DNA of 63,992 bases, the filler included, from Hyphochytrium catenoides (taxonomy: Eukaryota; Protista; Hyphochytriomycota): assembly GCA_900088475.1 (NCBI GenBank). It is 13 parts of 13 records of this genome, joined end to end, with 100 filler letters (N's around TTAATTAATTAA, not from the genome) between each part and the next. Parts side by side here need not be neighbours in the genome. Positions count along the whole stretch, not along the records: positions 40,664 to 51,908 come from FLMG01000196.1; positions 52,009 to 54,594 come from FLMG01000862.1; positions 54,695 to 60,633 come from FLMG01004534.1; positions 60,734 to 62,768 come from FLMG01004082.1; 9 more parts are not named here. One strand, given 5' to 3'. The notes under the pieces are model-generated. The model did not search any database and was not told where the DNA came from. It saw only the letters and a program-made list of their open reading frames with translations. Shown piece after piece: positions 51,828-62,868 of this stretch. The translations under genes and the position numbers were made by a program. Within the stretch, counting starts at the first letter, position 1, and each line of letters begins with the position of its first letter.

Positions 51828-51877
51828 CTGGGAACAGAGAGAGGAGAAAGCGAAGAGGGAATAGAGAGAGAGAGAGT

Positions 51878-51908
<31 letters not shown>

Positions 51909-52008
51909 NNNNNNNNNNNNNNNNNNNNNNNNNNNNNNNNNNNNNNNNNNNNTTAATTAATTAANNNNNNNNNNNNNNNNNNNNNNNNNNNNNNNNNNNN
52001 NNNNNNNN

Positions 52009-54100
52009 ACAAAGCACTCACATGTTTGACCAGTGCTTCCTTATACTTGCAAGCTCACCAGAAGCGCCATCAGCCATCATCACCATAGCCATGACGGAAG
52101 GACTACCCACTGCTGCGCAAAGTCCCTCAGGTGTGACCTGAAGGATCCCTTGTTGTTAAGCTTCCTCTTCGATGCACTAACGGAGGTAAAGGAATCGAGC
52201 TGGGACTCAGGTTGCAGGAGCCGTATCACTAGATGTGCATTCGTCAGGACCGAGAGTATACCTGCAAGGCGGGACAAGATCATGGGTAAGTCGATGTCCG
52301 CGGCACTAGGGAGAGGGAAGAGCCGTCCTTTATGAAGGAACCTGATGAAGGTCAACGCCCTGGGCGTCAGTGATTGGAAGTCAACCTTGACAATTTTCAA
52401 TATACGCGAAACAACGTCTTGGCCATCTTTGACATTGTTCTATCGTGAGACCACATATGGTACGAAGTCATGTGCCGGAGGAAGAAAGCCTTGCCCCCGG
52501 TCCTTGATCTTCTCTTGCAGAGAGAGGATGCCGCCAGCCAGCTTCCTTTGCAGAACCAGCGAGTGCTCGTCGACAGCATGTCCGTACTCCCCAGTCTGAA
52601 GCGGTGGTCTGCGACTAGAGAACACCTCATCGCTTAAAGTAAACCATTACCGGCGGGTGGCGCTACGCTGCAAACAACTTCTCTCTAGTCGTCCAACTTT
52701 TCATTGTCGACATCCACAATGAGCGAGTCAAGATTTTCTTCATGCTAGCCACAACGGAGAGGGCATGAAATGCATCCCGTAACAGGTGCATGATGTAGAC
52801 CTTGGCAACGATATGGCGTTGCCCCTACTACATCATCTGCAAAGTCTATGACGCTTTGAAGGCGCCTTTCAGCTTCGCCAACAGTATTAGGTGTAGTCAT
52901 TGTCTTCACCTCAAGCACACAAGGAAGATGCCTTCCGCCCAGCATAGGGAAAGAGGGCTCAGCAATAAGTAAAGCAGCATCGATAGGAGTTGCTAGAGGG
53001 GTGCCTCTTCTAAACAATAGTCCTCGTTGGACTGGGTTACCAATAACGGAATACCCGCGACTATGTAGGCGAAAGTACTCAGATCACGCTCGTACCACTC
53101 GCTGCTTATTAGCACTCCCTAGTTTCATGTGCATATTCTGCTTCGGCTTCGTGTACCATTTCGTCATCATCTCAGCCGCGATGTTAACGCTGGGGGTAGG
53201 CGGTGTCGTCAAGAGTGATTGATAATGGCTTCCTTTGTCGTAAGGCGAGCCAGCGATACCCCTCTTTGTCTGGCCAAAGACCGAAGGATTGGCACTCTTC
53301 GAGAGTACAGGCTCTCACGCGATAGCAGTTCGTTGGCGTTTCCAGCAGCGCTGGTTATCCCTAGAACAGTACTCTCTTCTGCTTGACTTTGAGATTCCCC
53401 TTGAGACAGCTCCAAAATGCTCTGGGCAATGTGCTAGTGATAAGGCTCTTTCCCGACCGGATAATGTGCCGATCTGCTCCCTGTGCGCAGTGAGGGCAGT
53501 CGAGGATGACCCGTGGGTGGCCTCCCTTGGAGAGTCAGTAAAATATTCAGCTCATCATCCTACCATTGTAGTCGTCTTGCTCTCCGTGGGGCACTCTACC
53601 TAGCCCGAGAAGGAGTTGTCCGACGGTGAGAGCTCAACAGGCGTCTAATGACCAGATACTCCTCGGAGCTGAAGAGATGTATATTCCACAACGGCTCGCT
53701 CCTTGTCTGGAAGTGTTTCAGGGCTTCGCCCGGCAGATCGGTCTATTTATTAGCATCAGATAGCTCAGTGAAGATGATGTTGGCTTAATTTTAATGTATC
53801 TGCAGCGTGGTCTTACGCCATCATCCAGCAGTCTTACAAGGTAAATAGCGGTCAGGCCAAAGAAAACGCCACGCTTGATGTAGAGTTCCCACCGTTGGGA
53901 TGGGAGTGAGAAGAGAGAGAGAGAGAAGGGGAGAAAGAGAGAGAGCATGACCAGAAATAAGAGAAGGAAAGACCGTGTGAACGGATGATATTTGATTGTT
54001 TCTGCTGCTTCGCTGGCTATAGCTACTTTCTAACCTGAGCTCAAGAGCTGAAACCCGCTTGCGCTTCTGCATAACTATTGCAACGCTACACTTCGTTCCG
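52009..54100 (-). pseudogene. Decayed transposon ORF: YqaJ/lambda-exonuclease-like domain followed by a piggyBac-like catalytic motif
   Basis: In order on the minus strand: QGADRHIIR..ITST, a SAP-like helix pair, WYTKPKQNMHMKLGSANK, GLLFRRGTPLATPIDA, VLEVKT, YRCQGLHHA, then LPP...P....R*NNVKDGQDVVSR. In-frame stops and frameshifts are present. Confidence 0.6.
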
Positions 54101-57097
54101 GCTACGTGAGACGTATATCGTGTCAGGAGACCAGGCTTGCGCTGATGATAGGACAGCGTTCCTCTCTTCTTTTATAAATAGTAATAGATAAATAGGCGAA
54201 AGGTAGCCCTTGGAGGCCAACAGCCTAGAAGGCCGAGGATTAAGCTCCATCTCTGATAGGCGGTGCTTGTCTAGTGATCTCTGGCGTCTTTCCCCAGAAG
54301 TAGTGCAGCGTCCGGAGCTGCTGACTTGGCGGTGAGGTGGTAAGAGCTCCAGTACTTTCGGCGATTGGTGAAGGTAACGCTGCCAAAGTGCTGTGTAACT
54401 CATCCACAGAGCTTCGAGTTGGGCACCGCTCAGGGTGATTGTTGACTTTGGTGGACGAACCTGTATCCACGGAACCAGTAGCAGCTCCCGGGAATGTGGG
54501 TGCGGTACGGTCCTGCTGAGGACTAACAGATTGTGATCGGGTAGTGAAGGGTGCGTGTCCTGTCGGCGTTGCGGGCTTCATAAATGTTCGCACANNNNNN
54601 NNNNNNNNNNNNNNNNNNNNNNNNNNNNNNNNNNNNNNTTAATTAATTAANNNNNNNNNNNNNNNNNNNNNNNNNNNNNNNNNNNNNNNNNNNNGAGAGA
54701 GAGAGAGAGAGTCAAGCCACATGAGAATGCAAAGATAGACGTTATGACGTGCAAGAGAGATTGGGTCAACAGCAGGCTATCGATCCTCAGAAACATGCAA
54801 AAGAGAGAGAGAGAGAGCAGACAAGGGAAAAGAAAGAGAGAGAAGAACATCCGTCGTCAGAGCCAGCCGTTGTTTCTCTTCGACTACTCGCCGTCCTGAT
54901 AGTCTCTCATCCAAGAAGAGCAGAGGCCGCATCACACCGGCTCGATCCTCATCCAGCGCTTGGATCAGGTGCTTGGTCAGCAGGTCAGCCGGCCATCATC
55001 CTCTACTATGACCGGAAAAAGCAGGAGCCTTATTGTCATTGAACCATGCTTCGTGGCAAGGAGGCGCGGCCGGACGACAGCGTCGATCATCCGTGGAAAG
55101 GATGATGAGGCAGTTGGGCCGTCAAGCAGGCGGCGGGCGGCGGCGGGTAAGATCGCCATCGGATCCGGGTTTTCTCTCTTCTTTCTACTCCTCTTCACTT
55201 CTGACTGAGGGTCAGCGGCGAACGCTACAGCTTTAATGAACGGCTGAACAAACCTGGAGACCTCACCAACCTGGAGGCTTATCAACAAGGGGCACAGACG
55301 ACAGCTAGCAGGGATGGCCGCAGGAGCCATGATGATCAATGAGAGACGACAGGCAAGGCTCCATCGCTCACATTCTTGACGATAGCATTAGGATAAGAGG
55401 AGCCTCCTCCGTCCCAGCAGTCACCAGCAGTGGCCGCGGCGTGCTGGATGATGAGAAGATGACGCAGGAGGAGGAAGGAAAGAAGCAGGAGCATCTCCGC
55501 AGCAGGATGGAGCTGACCCGAGGGCGATCACTACTTCTCATCCATTAGCTCGGCGGCCTCTGTGAGCACAGCCTCTCAACGGCAGACAATCCATCCCAGC
55601 GGCATTAGCACTGAGGCCTTTGCTAAGAAGACACTGCAGTGCTCAACATTCAAAGACCTCCGTGCCATCCTCCGAGCTTCAACAGCCGCCAGTCCTCACC
55701 ATCATGTAGCATCCTCGTCGAGGATTAGCGTTCATCAATGGAGAGAGTAGCCACTTTTGCTGCACGCATAGCCTTCTTCCTCTCGAGATGGCGGCCCTCC
55801 CGTCATCATCAAGAGTAGTTGGCCGCGATATGCGCAGCGTGCTGGATCAATAGCAGAAGTAAGAACATGCCTGGGTAGGTGAGGTCACTCCTATAGTTAG
55901 AAAAGAGGATCATCATGAAGCAGAAGAAGAAGAAGAAAAATGAACGGATGTCTTTGACCCTGCTGTCTATCTAGCAACCCTAGCCCATTGCCATCACTTA
56001 TTGCATGACGAAGAGAAGAGCGATGATGAGAAGAGAGAGCTCATCAACAAGTTTCTTCCCCAGCTTCTTCTGTTCTCAAGCAGGTAGTCTTTTTCTTCTT
56101 CTTCCACTCCGCCAAGATGATGAAGAAGGTTGCAGATCGGAGACAGATGATGCATTGCTGCGGATGGAGGAGAAGAGGAAGACTACCAAGATTGTTGGAG
56201 GTGGTACATAGCGCGCGAGAGCTCCCAGAGGGACTTCTTCTTCCCCACCGTTGGCCCGAGCAAAGAAAGCATTCTTCTTCTTCTTTCTCACAATCAGCAG
56301 CAGGACGAACGAAGACATGAAGAAGCAGGGGCAGCAGCTCCAGCAGCAGCAAGTTAAGCCGTCGTCGTAGGAAAGAGGAGAAGATTAGAAGGAGCAGAAG
56401 AAGGAAGCTAGCAGAAGGGACAACACCACTACGAGGCGGAACGAAGACGGCTCCTACCCTCGCGTCCAGTCATGATGATGGTCGAACAAGCAGTCAGTAA
56501 AGGCGCCGAAGTGCATAGATCAAGATGCCATCATCATACTACGAGTGAGCCGCTTCCTTCTTCCGCAACGCCAAGGCAACCCTGCCATTCAACTGATGCA
56601 CATCAGGGTTCCTCAGCTACGGTCTTGGCGATATGAAACACTAGGAGATTGACAACCAAGAAGAAGAGGAAAAGAAAGCAGACACCGAGGCGGGCCTTCT
56701 TCTTCTCTACGACGATTGCTGGGTTCACAATCAATCTGATGCGCGGGGGACGCTGCCAAACACTCTCTTTCTTTCTGGTGGCAAGTGTCGGTCCTCAGCC
56801 ACAGCAATCATCTTATTCTTTTGCAGAATCATAGGCCACGGAATCTTCAAGAGCACGACAGTAGTGGTTGTCGTCCCTACTAGTACTCTGACTTCTTTCT
56901 TTCTTTCTTTCCTTCTTTCCTCAGCAGCATGATTCTCTCGTCTTATCCGCTGTCTACGGTTAGAGATACATCATCATCATTGTTCAGTGGTAGGAGGTAG
57001 GAGCAGTGGCGCACAAAGGATGAGCTCTTCTTTCTTCTTTTCTTTCTTTTGACTATCTATCCAAGGTTATAGAGCTAAGGAGATGGAGGTGGAATAT

Positions 57098-57559
57098 CTA
57101 CAACAAGCTAATCTGGTCTGCTAGTGCGTCGAGCGCTTGCTTTCCCAACTGCGACCGCAGAGAATTAAACCTGGGGTCGTTTGGCATCACCTCCTGTCCA
57201 TCCACTTGGCGTTGTTCTGGGCCCCTTAGGTATTCCCTAAGCCCTAGCTGTTGCTCTAGGTCGTACATCAGGGATTTCACTTCCTCCGCGTGTCTTTTCA
57301 TCTCCTGCTCTTCTCTTTCAACCTTACCCAAGGCTTCTAATAGTGAACTCAGAGAAGTAAATGCATCATCGGGGACATCGGGCAGGCGGTCTGCCGACAA
57401 ATGTTTACTTAGTTCTGCCAAATCCTTCTTCAATGTCTGCGGGTCGTTGACCTTCACTACTTCACCGTCCGAGTTCTGGCTCTCCTTCCGGAGACTCTCC
57501 AAGAGGCTGATGAGATGATTGTAAGCGGTCGCCCCCATCGGGGCCATCGGATCTTTCAT
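57098..57559 (-). CDS. Hypothetical helical protein (153 aa), possibly an exon of a larger gene or relic together with 57872-58114
   Basis: ATG-started ORF with normal, non-microsatellite composition and a coiled-coil stretch. No recognised motif. Confidence 0.45.
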   Translation of the reverse strand: MKDPMAPMGATAYNHLISLLESLRKESQNSDGEVVKVNDPQTLKKDLAELSKHLSADRLPDVPDDAFTSLSSLLEALGKVEREEQEMKRHAEEVKSLMYDLEQQLGLREYLRGPEQRQVDGQEVMPNDPRFNSLRSQLGKQALDALADQISLL

Positions 57560-59671
57560 CTTTCCTTCTCACGCTGCTGCTTTGGGGATCATAAGTACTG
57601 AACAAAAACATTATCCCTCGTCCCTCCGAAATCGGTGTCTCTTTTTACTTGAGACCCCCCGTCTCCTCTCCTCTTTCTCTGTTGTGCTCTCTGTCTCGTC
57701 GAAGTTCATTCATGCTTTCCTTTCTTTCCGTCCGCTTGATCCTACTGGACGTTTCGTACCTGTTGCCCTGAACTTTCTTTACCTCCGCCGTCTTCCTCTT
57801 TGCGCTCTCATTCACATGATATTCTTGCCGTCCTACTAGCCTCTAATACGTTGTAAGTATAGTGTGGGCCATCAATAGCTAGCCCGGGTACTTCTTTCTC
57901 TCGCTGCTTTTGACCTTATTTTTTCGAGTATCGAGCTCCCTAGCGTCTGCCAATCACCTCTTTTGAGTGTATGTCCCCTCTCATCCGGACATTCATCTGT
58001 CTCTAAAATCACCCTACTATATAGATGACGGGCAATGCTTTTTCTTGTTGCTTCTGAAATAGTACCTCCAGAGAAGGCAAAGAGATTAAAAAGGATAGAA
58101 GCAAGCATAAACAAAAGAAAGAAGCACGCTACGAAGTCGTGGCATGTCTAACCCCCAGGCCACCATCAAGACAAGAAAGGAGTCATCATAGCTCCTGATT
58201 TCCTCAGCAATTACAATCGGAGCGAGAGGAGGAGAAGAAAGGAAAAACAAGACCATCATAACTCTCGAGTAGGCGAGCAAGAGGAAGGGTGGTACTGTTG
58301 AAGAGAATGCTTTAATACATATACATAATATCAGCGCATTTCTTCTGGCACGCGGTGACTGACCTGCCACTGAACGGTTAGCGTCAGGGTCAATTACCTC
58401 AGCTCGCTTTTGGGTGCTGCGGCACTTAGTACTGACGCCTCAGCGGACAGCTGGGTTGGTCCTGCATAGATGGAGGATCAGTCATCAATGCTGGTACGTA
58501 ATACTACTAGGCTGGCCTAAGCCTGGAACCGATCTGGCACCTATTCCGGCAAACGAGGCCTGAGCAGTAGGTTGAGGCTGGCATCTAGACTGACAGCGAA
58601 GCTGGTGCTGCTTAAGGACTATGGTCAGTCGCGAATGCTTAGCCTGGGACCAAGCTACCGCAGTAAATCGGCTGCCACTCGGACTGACACCTAGGTTGAC
58701 ATCTAGGTAGGCAATTAGATTAGGAGAAATATCCGGGGAATATTAGGTTTTCCTGACGCGGTTAGAGGAGGATGCTGACCTCCCTCCTCAGTCTCAAATA
58801 TGCTCGGTCAGCCTCAGCCTTTGGCGCCTGCCAAGAACCGTGGCAACGGAGAGGGGAGGCACAGCTGACTACACCCGTGCAGGGCAGTAGAAACAGTCAA
58901 CTGAGCAGCTTGGCGCTTTCGCTGCTTACTGCAGAGGATATGTTCGAACGTTCTTAGAATCAACGACCTACGGCTTTGGGACTGCGCCGGCAGACCATGC
59001 AGAGATAGCACCAAGACAGAGGCAGTCTCTATCGATTTACGCGGCGGCAAAAACGACGACTAGATCGGGAGAGGGTCTCAACATCGCTTACGGAGGTCCG
59101 GACACTCTCTTCTGTGCCCTGTCAAAACGGGCTGTCTTCTGAACGTGGTTCACTCGGCCTGGGATCATCCAGGCGACGAGCGGGAGGTTAGCGATAGGAC
59201 CGCCCGGGATCACTGTTCTGCGGAGGACGTGGGCAACCTGGTGAAGCAAGCAGCACCCAGCCTGCGGAAATCCGCCCGAACGGTACTCAACAAATTCCCT
59301 GAGGGTACGAGGCGACTACCTTAATGAACGGTCGGGCTACCTGAACATCAAGCCCTTGGGACTGTTGAGGATCAAACTTTTCTCTCACGTTCTTTCATCT
59401 GACTCTTTGTGGTTGTTCTTTTACTTTGGTCTTGTCTAGGCTTTTTTAGGAAAGGAAGAATTCCAGACTTAGAGGGAAAAGTATTGAGTTGCGCTTTCAG
59501 AGAGTCAAACCTTAGACCCTTAGATACGTAGCAAGAGTAAGGCCAGTAGCATGTTTCGGTAGAAGTAGAAAGTAGAGTTGGACAGGTCAGAAGAAGCGTC
59601 ACCAGGCACGCGCCTTTGATCTGGTCGTAAAGAGTAGCTTAGCTATAGTTTATCTTAGTAGTGAGAAGATT

Positions 59672-59693
59672 AGAGTCGTAACGTTACGACTCT
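59672..59693. repeat. Perfect 22-bp palindrome
   Basis: AGAGTCGTAAC|GTTACGACTCT with no spacer. Confidence 0.9.
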
Positions 59694-60744
59694 GTGAGGA
59701 AGACACTAGAGTAGAAGGTAGTATAGCTCATAGTTAAAGTTAGGGTAGAGCAGAAGAGCGATAGCTTCTAGAGTTAAGATGAGCCGAGCTCTTTGCCGAC
59801 TTGTCAGTGGTGAAAATCATTCTGCAATTTAGCACCAGAAAAATCAGCTAGCCAACCTGCTAAAGCGTCTTTAGCTGAACGGACCTTCATAACAGCTTTA
59901 CCGCTGTATTAGCTCTTTGACCTGTCTGTGAGGTGATCGGTTTAACCGCTGTTCCTCGTAAGTCCCTCTGTTACCGCGCCGCTTGGTACGTCGTGACCGG
60001 ACTGCTCTCAACAGGGACCCTGGCACTCTGACCTTACCAACAAGGCTTCCCGGCCTATCAAATCGTCCAGACAGAAGACACCGCGACGAGAAGGGTAGGG
60101 CCCAAGCAGACAGGAGGCTCTCAAACTATCACTCCCGAACATTCGTTTACGCTAAGCGCGCACACAACCCAGTGCTACAACGACCTAATCTCTGGCCCCC
60201 AAGAGCCTCCTCCCGCTTGACCCAGCTATGCGGCAAGGAGAGCTCCCAGGATAGTTTGGTCAAGCTCCAGTTTGATCTCTCCAGCCAGAAGCTTGTCATA
60301 CATTGCATGCTCTGTCACGTCATCCGGGTGAGCAGAAGGAAATCAGTAATCTGGTAATAATCTTTGCTGAAACCGCCGGATACAGCTAGCCTGACAAGTA
60401 GACTAGAACATACGCAGGCACCTAGGCGTCGACACCAAGAGTAAGCGCCAAGTGCTCTTCGAAGCCGGTACCGAAGGCTGGAACGTAGACTGGCCCTTAG
60501 CCTGGCATTTGGCACACACCTACGTTAGCACCAGGGGTGGCCCTACTGCCTGCCTGGATGACGAATTACGCTGACAACTAAAGCTTAGGACTGGTTTCGC
60601 GAGAAACGCGAAGACTTGTATGGGCGCTTTTGGNNNNNNNNNNNNNNNNNNNNNNNNNNNNNNNNNNNNNNNNNNNNTTAATTAATTAANNNNNNNNNNN
60701 NNNNNNNNNNNNNNNNNNNNNNNNNNNNNNNNNCAAGAGTAAGG

Positions 60745-60794
<50 letters not shown>

Positions 60795-61191
60795 AGGCTC
60801 TACGATAGAAAATGAAGAAAGAAAGAGTCCGTCTGAAAAAGAGACGTTGCCCCAATGCCAACCAGGAGCGCAGACCACTTAATGAACCATCAACGGGAAG
60901 AGAGAAAGAGAGAGACAGACAGACAGACAGAGGGAGAGAGAGAGAGAGAGAAAGAGAATCGAGAAAAAGAAGAGAGAGAGGCGGACAGAGACTTTCTTTC
61001 TCTCAGTTAAAGAGAGAAGCTTCAGTCAGTGGACACCAGTGAATGACGGCGATGTAAGGCATAGCGCAGGCCGGGTCGTGGTGGGCGGCAGAAGCGGTCT
61101 CTCTCTCTCTTTCCTTTCCTGACAGCGCTTCACGCAACCACCAATGCAGGGGGGACAGGAGAGGAAGACCAGAGAGAGAGGAAAGAGAGAA

Positions 61192-61240
<49 letters not shown>

Positions 61241-61708
61241 CTGTGTGAGACGAGGCTTTGCTATTGAGGTGGAGCGCTGACGGGTCCTGTTTGTCCGCCC
61301 TCAACTTGGAGAGAGAAGAGCTGGAAGCATTACAAAGGAGAGAAAGAGAGAAAGGGCGGAGAGAGAGAGAGAGACAGAGAGAGAAGTGTGAGGAGAGAGA
61401 GAGAGACCGAGAGATATAGAGGTGGGGAGAGAGAACGAGGCATAGGCACAAGGAAGAGAGAGAGAGAGAGAGGTCGGAACAAGAGTAGAGAGAGTAGAAA
61501 GGGCAAGAGAAACGTACACAGTGAAAAAGGCAGAGACATAAAGAGAAAGAGAACCCTACAAAAGTCAAGACGAGAGGGAAAAAGAGAGAGAAAAAGAGAG
61601 AGAAGAAGAGAGAGAAAGAGAGAGAGAGAGAAAGAGAGAGAAAAGAGAAAGAAAGAGGGNNNNNNNNNNNNNNNNNNNNNNNNNNNNNNNNNNNNNNNNN
61701 NNNNNNNN

Positions 61709-61747
<39 letters not shown>

Positions 61748-62104
61748 ACCAGGTAGATCCAAATCGGGGGGCTCCTCGAAAAACACACAGAAACGCACAA
61801 GGTACCCCCACATCCTAGGTTAGCGACGCTTCTACATTACGAGTAGGACGTCTAGAGCCAGGTGTGTACCCTCACTATATACAGGTAGCCGACGGAAGAG
61901 TATGCCCCGCAGGATCCTCCCTTGTGAAGCGCCAGTGTGAGCGCGAGCAACCTCCGCAATGCCAGGAGAAGGGAAGAGAAGAGAAGAGAAGAGCAGAGAA
62001 GAGAGAGACGGAAAGGAAGATGGGAAGAGAGACAGACAGCAGACGGAGATCAGCGCTTTCTCATTCATCAAGATGAGGACGAAGACGACGAGGAGATTGA
62101 TGGA

Positions 62105-62145
<41 letters not shown>

Positions 62146-62641
62146 GGGAGAGAGAGAGAAAGAGAGAGAAAGAGAGAGAAAGAAAGAGATGAAGAGATTG
62201 ACACCAATCATCGAAGATCGAAGTTATACTATGAGGTCCTGACCAGAGAGAGACTGCGAGTAAGAGAGAAGGAGAGAGAGAGAGAGAGACAATGACGGTA
62301 GATAGCCAAGAGAAGGACGACGAAAGGGCGAACGGAAGGAGAAGAGGAGAAGCTCTTTACTTCCTGGCAGGAACAGCGTGTTCAACCTCCGCTTCAAACT
62401 CTTTTCATCAACCCCACGCAGCGGACAGCTCCATTTCTTCTCCTCTACTTGTGCGATCAAAGAGAGAGAAGAGAGAAAAGCCGTCAGAAGAAAAAGGAGG
62501 AGGGAAGAGAGAGAGAGAGACAGACAGAAGAGAAAGGAGATTAAGGGTGCCTGCCGACATGGCTGCGGACAGGCCAGGAGACTTTTTCATGATCTTTCGT
62601 GACATCTCCTTGGGATCTTCTCTCCCTCAAAATGTGTTCTT

Positions 62642-62672
<31 letters not shown>

Positions 62673-62868
62673 TTACCTGCTTCCCCTTCGGCCACTTATA
62701 CGTTGCCTCATACATGAGACCTTATTACCTTATGATGAAAGAGAAAGAGGGGGAGAGAGAGAGAGAGANNNNNNNNNNNNNNNNNNNNNNNNNNNNNNNN
62801 NNNNNNNNNNNNTTAATTAATTAANNNNNNNNNNNNNNNNNNNNNNNNNNNNNNNNNNNNNNNNNNNN

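Noticed and set aside
52438-52442. In-frame TAG/TGA in relic ORFs as evidence of stop-codon reassignment
   Set aside because: Conserved host genes have no internal stops and terminate at TAG (ELF1, typA, VPS45) and TGA (DUF268, LRR). The relics also carry frameshifts.
54695-57000. Short ORFs in a GAA/CAT/CAG-rich region
   Set aside because: Low-complexity sequence with no coherent frame or domain.
60734-62768. Minus-strand exon-like islands between AG tracts
   Set aside because: Probably genic, but no frame or product could be supported.
8274-62820. Numerous ORFs rich in SLSLSL or RERERE
   Set aside because: They are translations of (CT)n/(AG)n microsatellites, mostly intronic.
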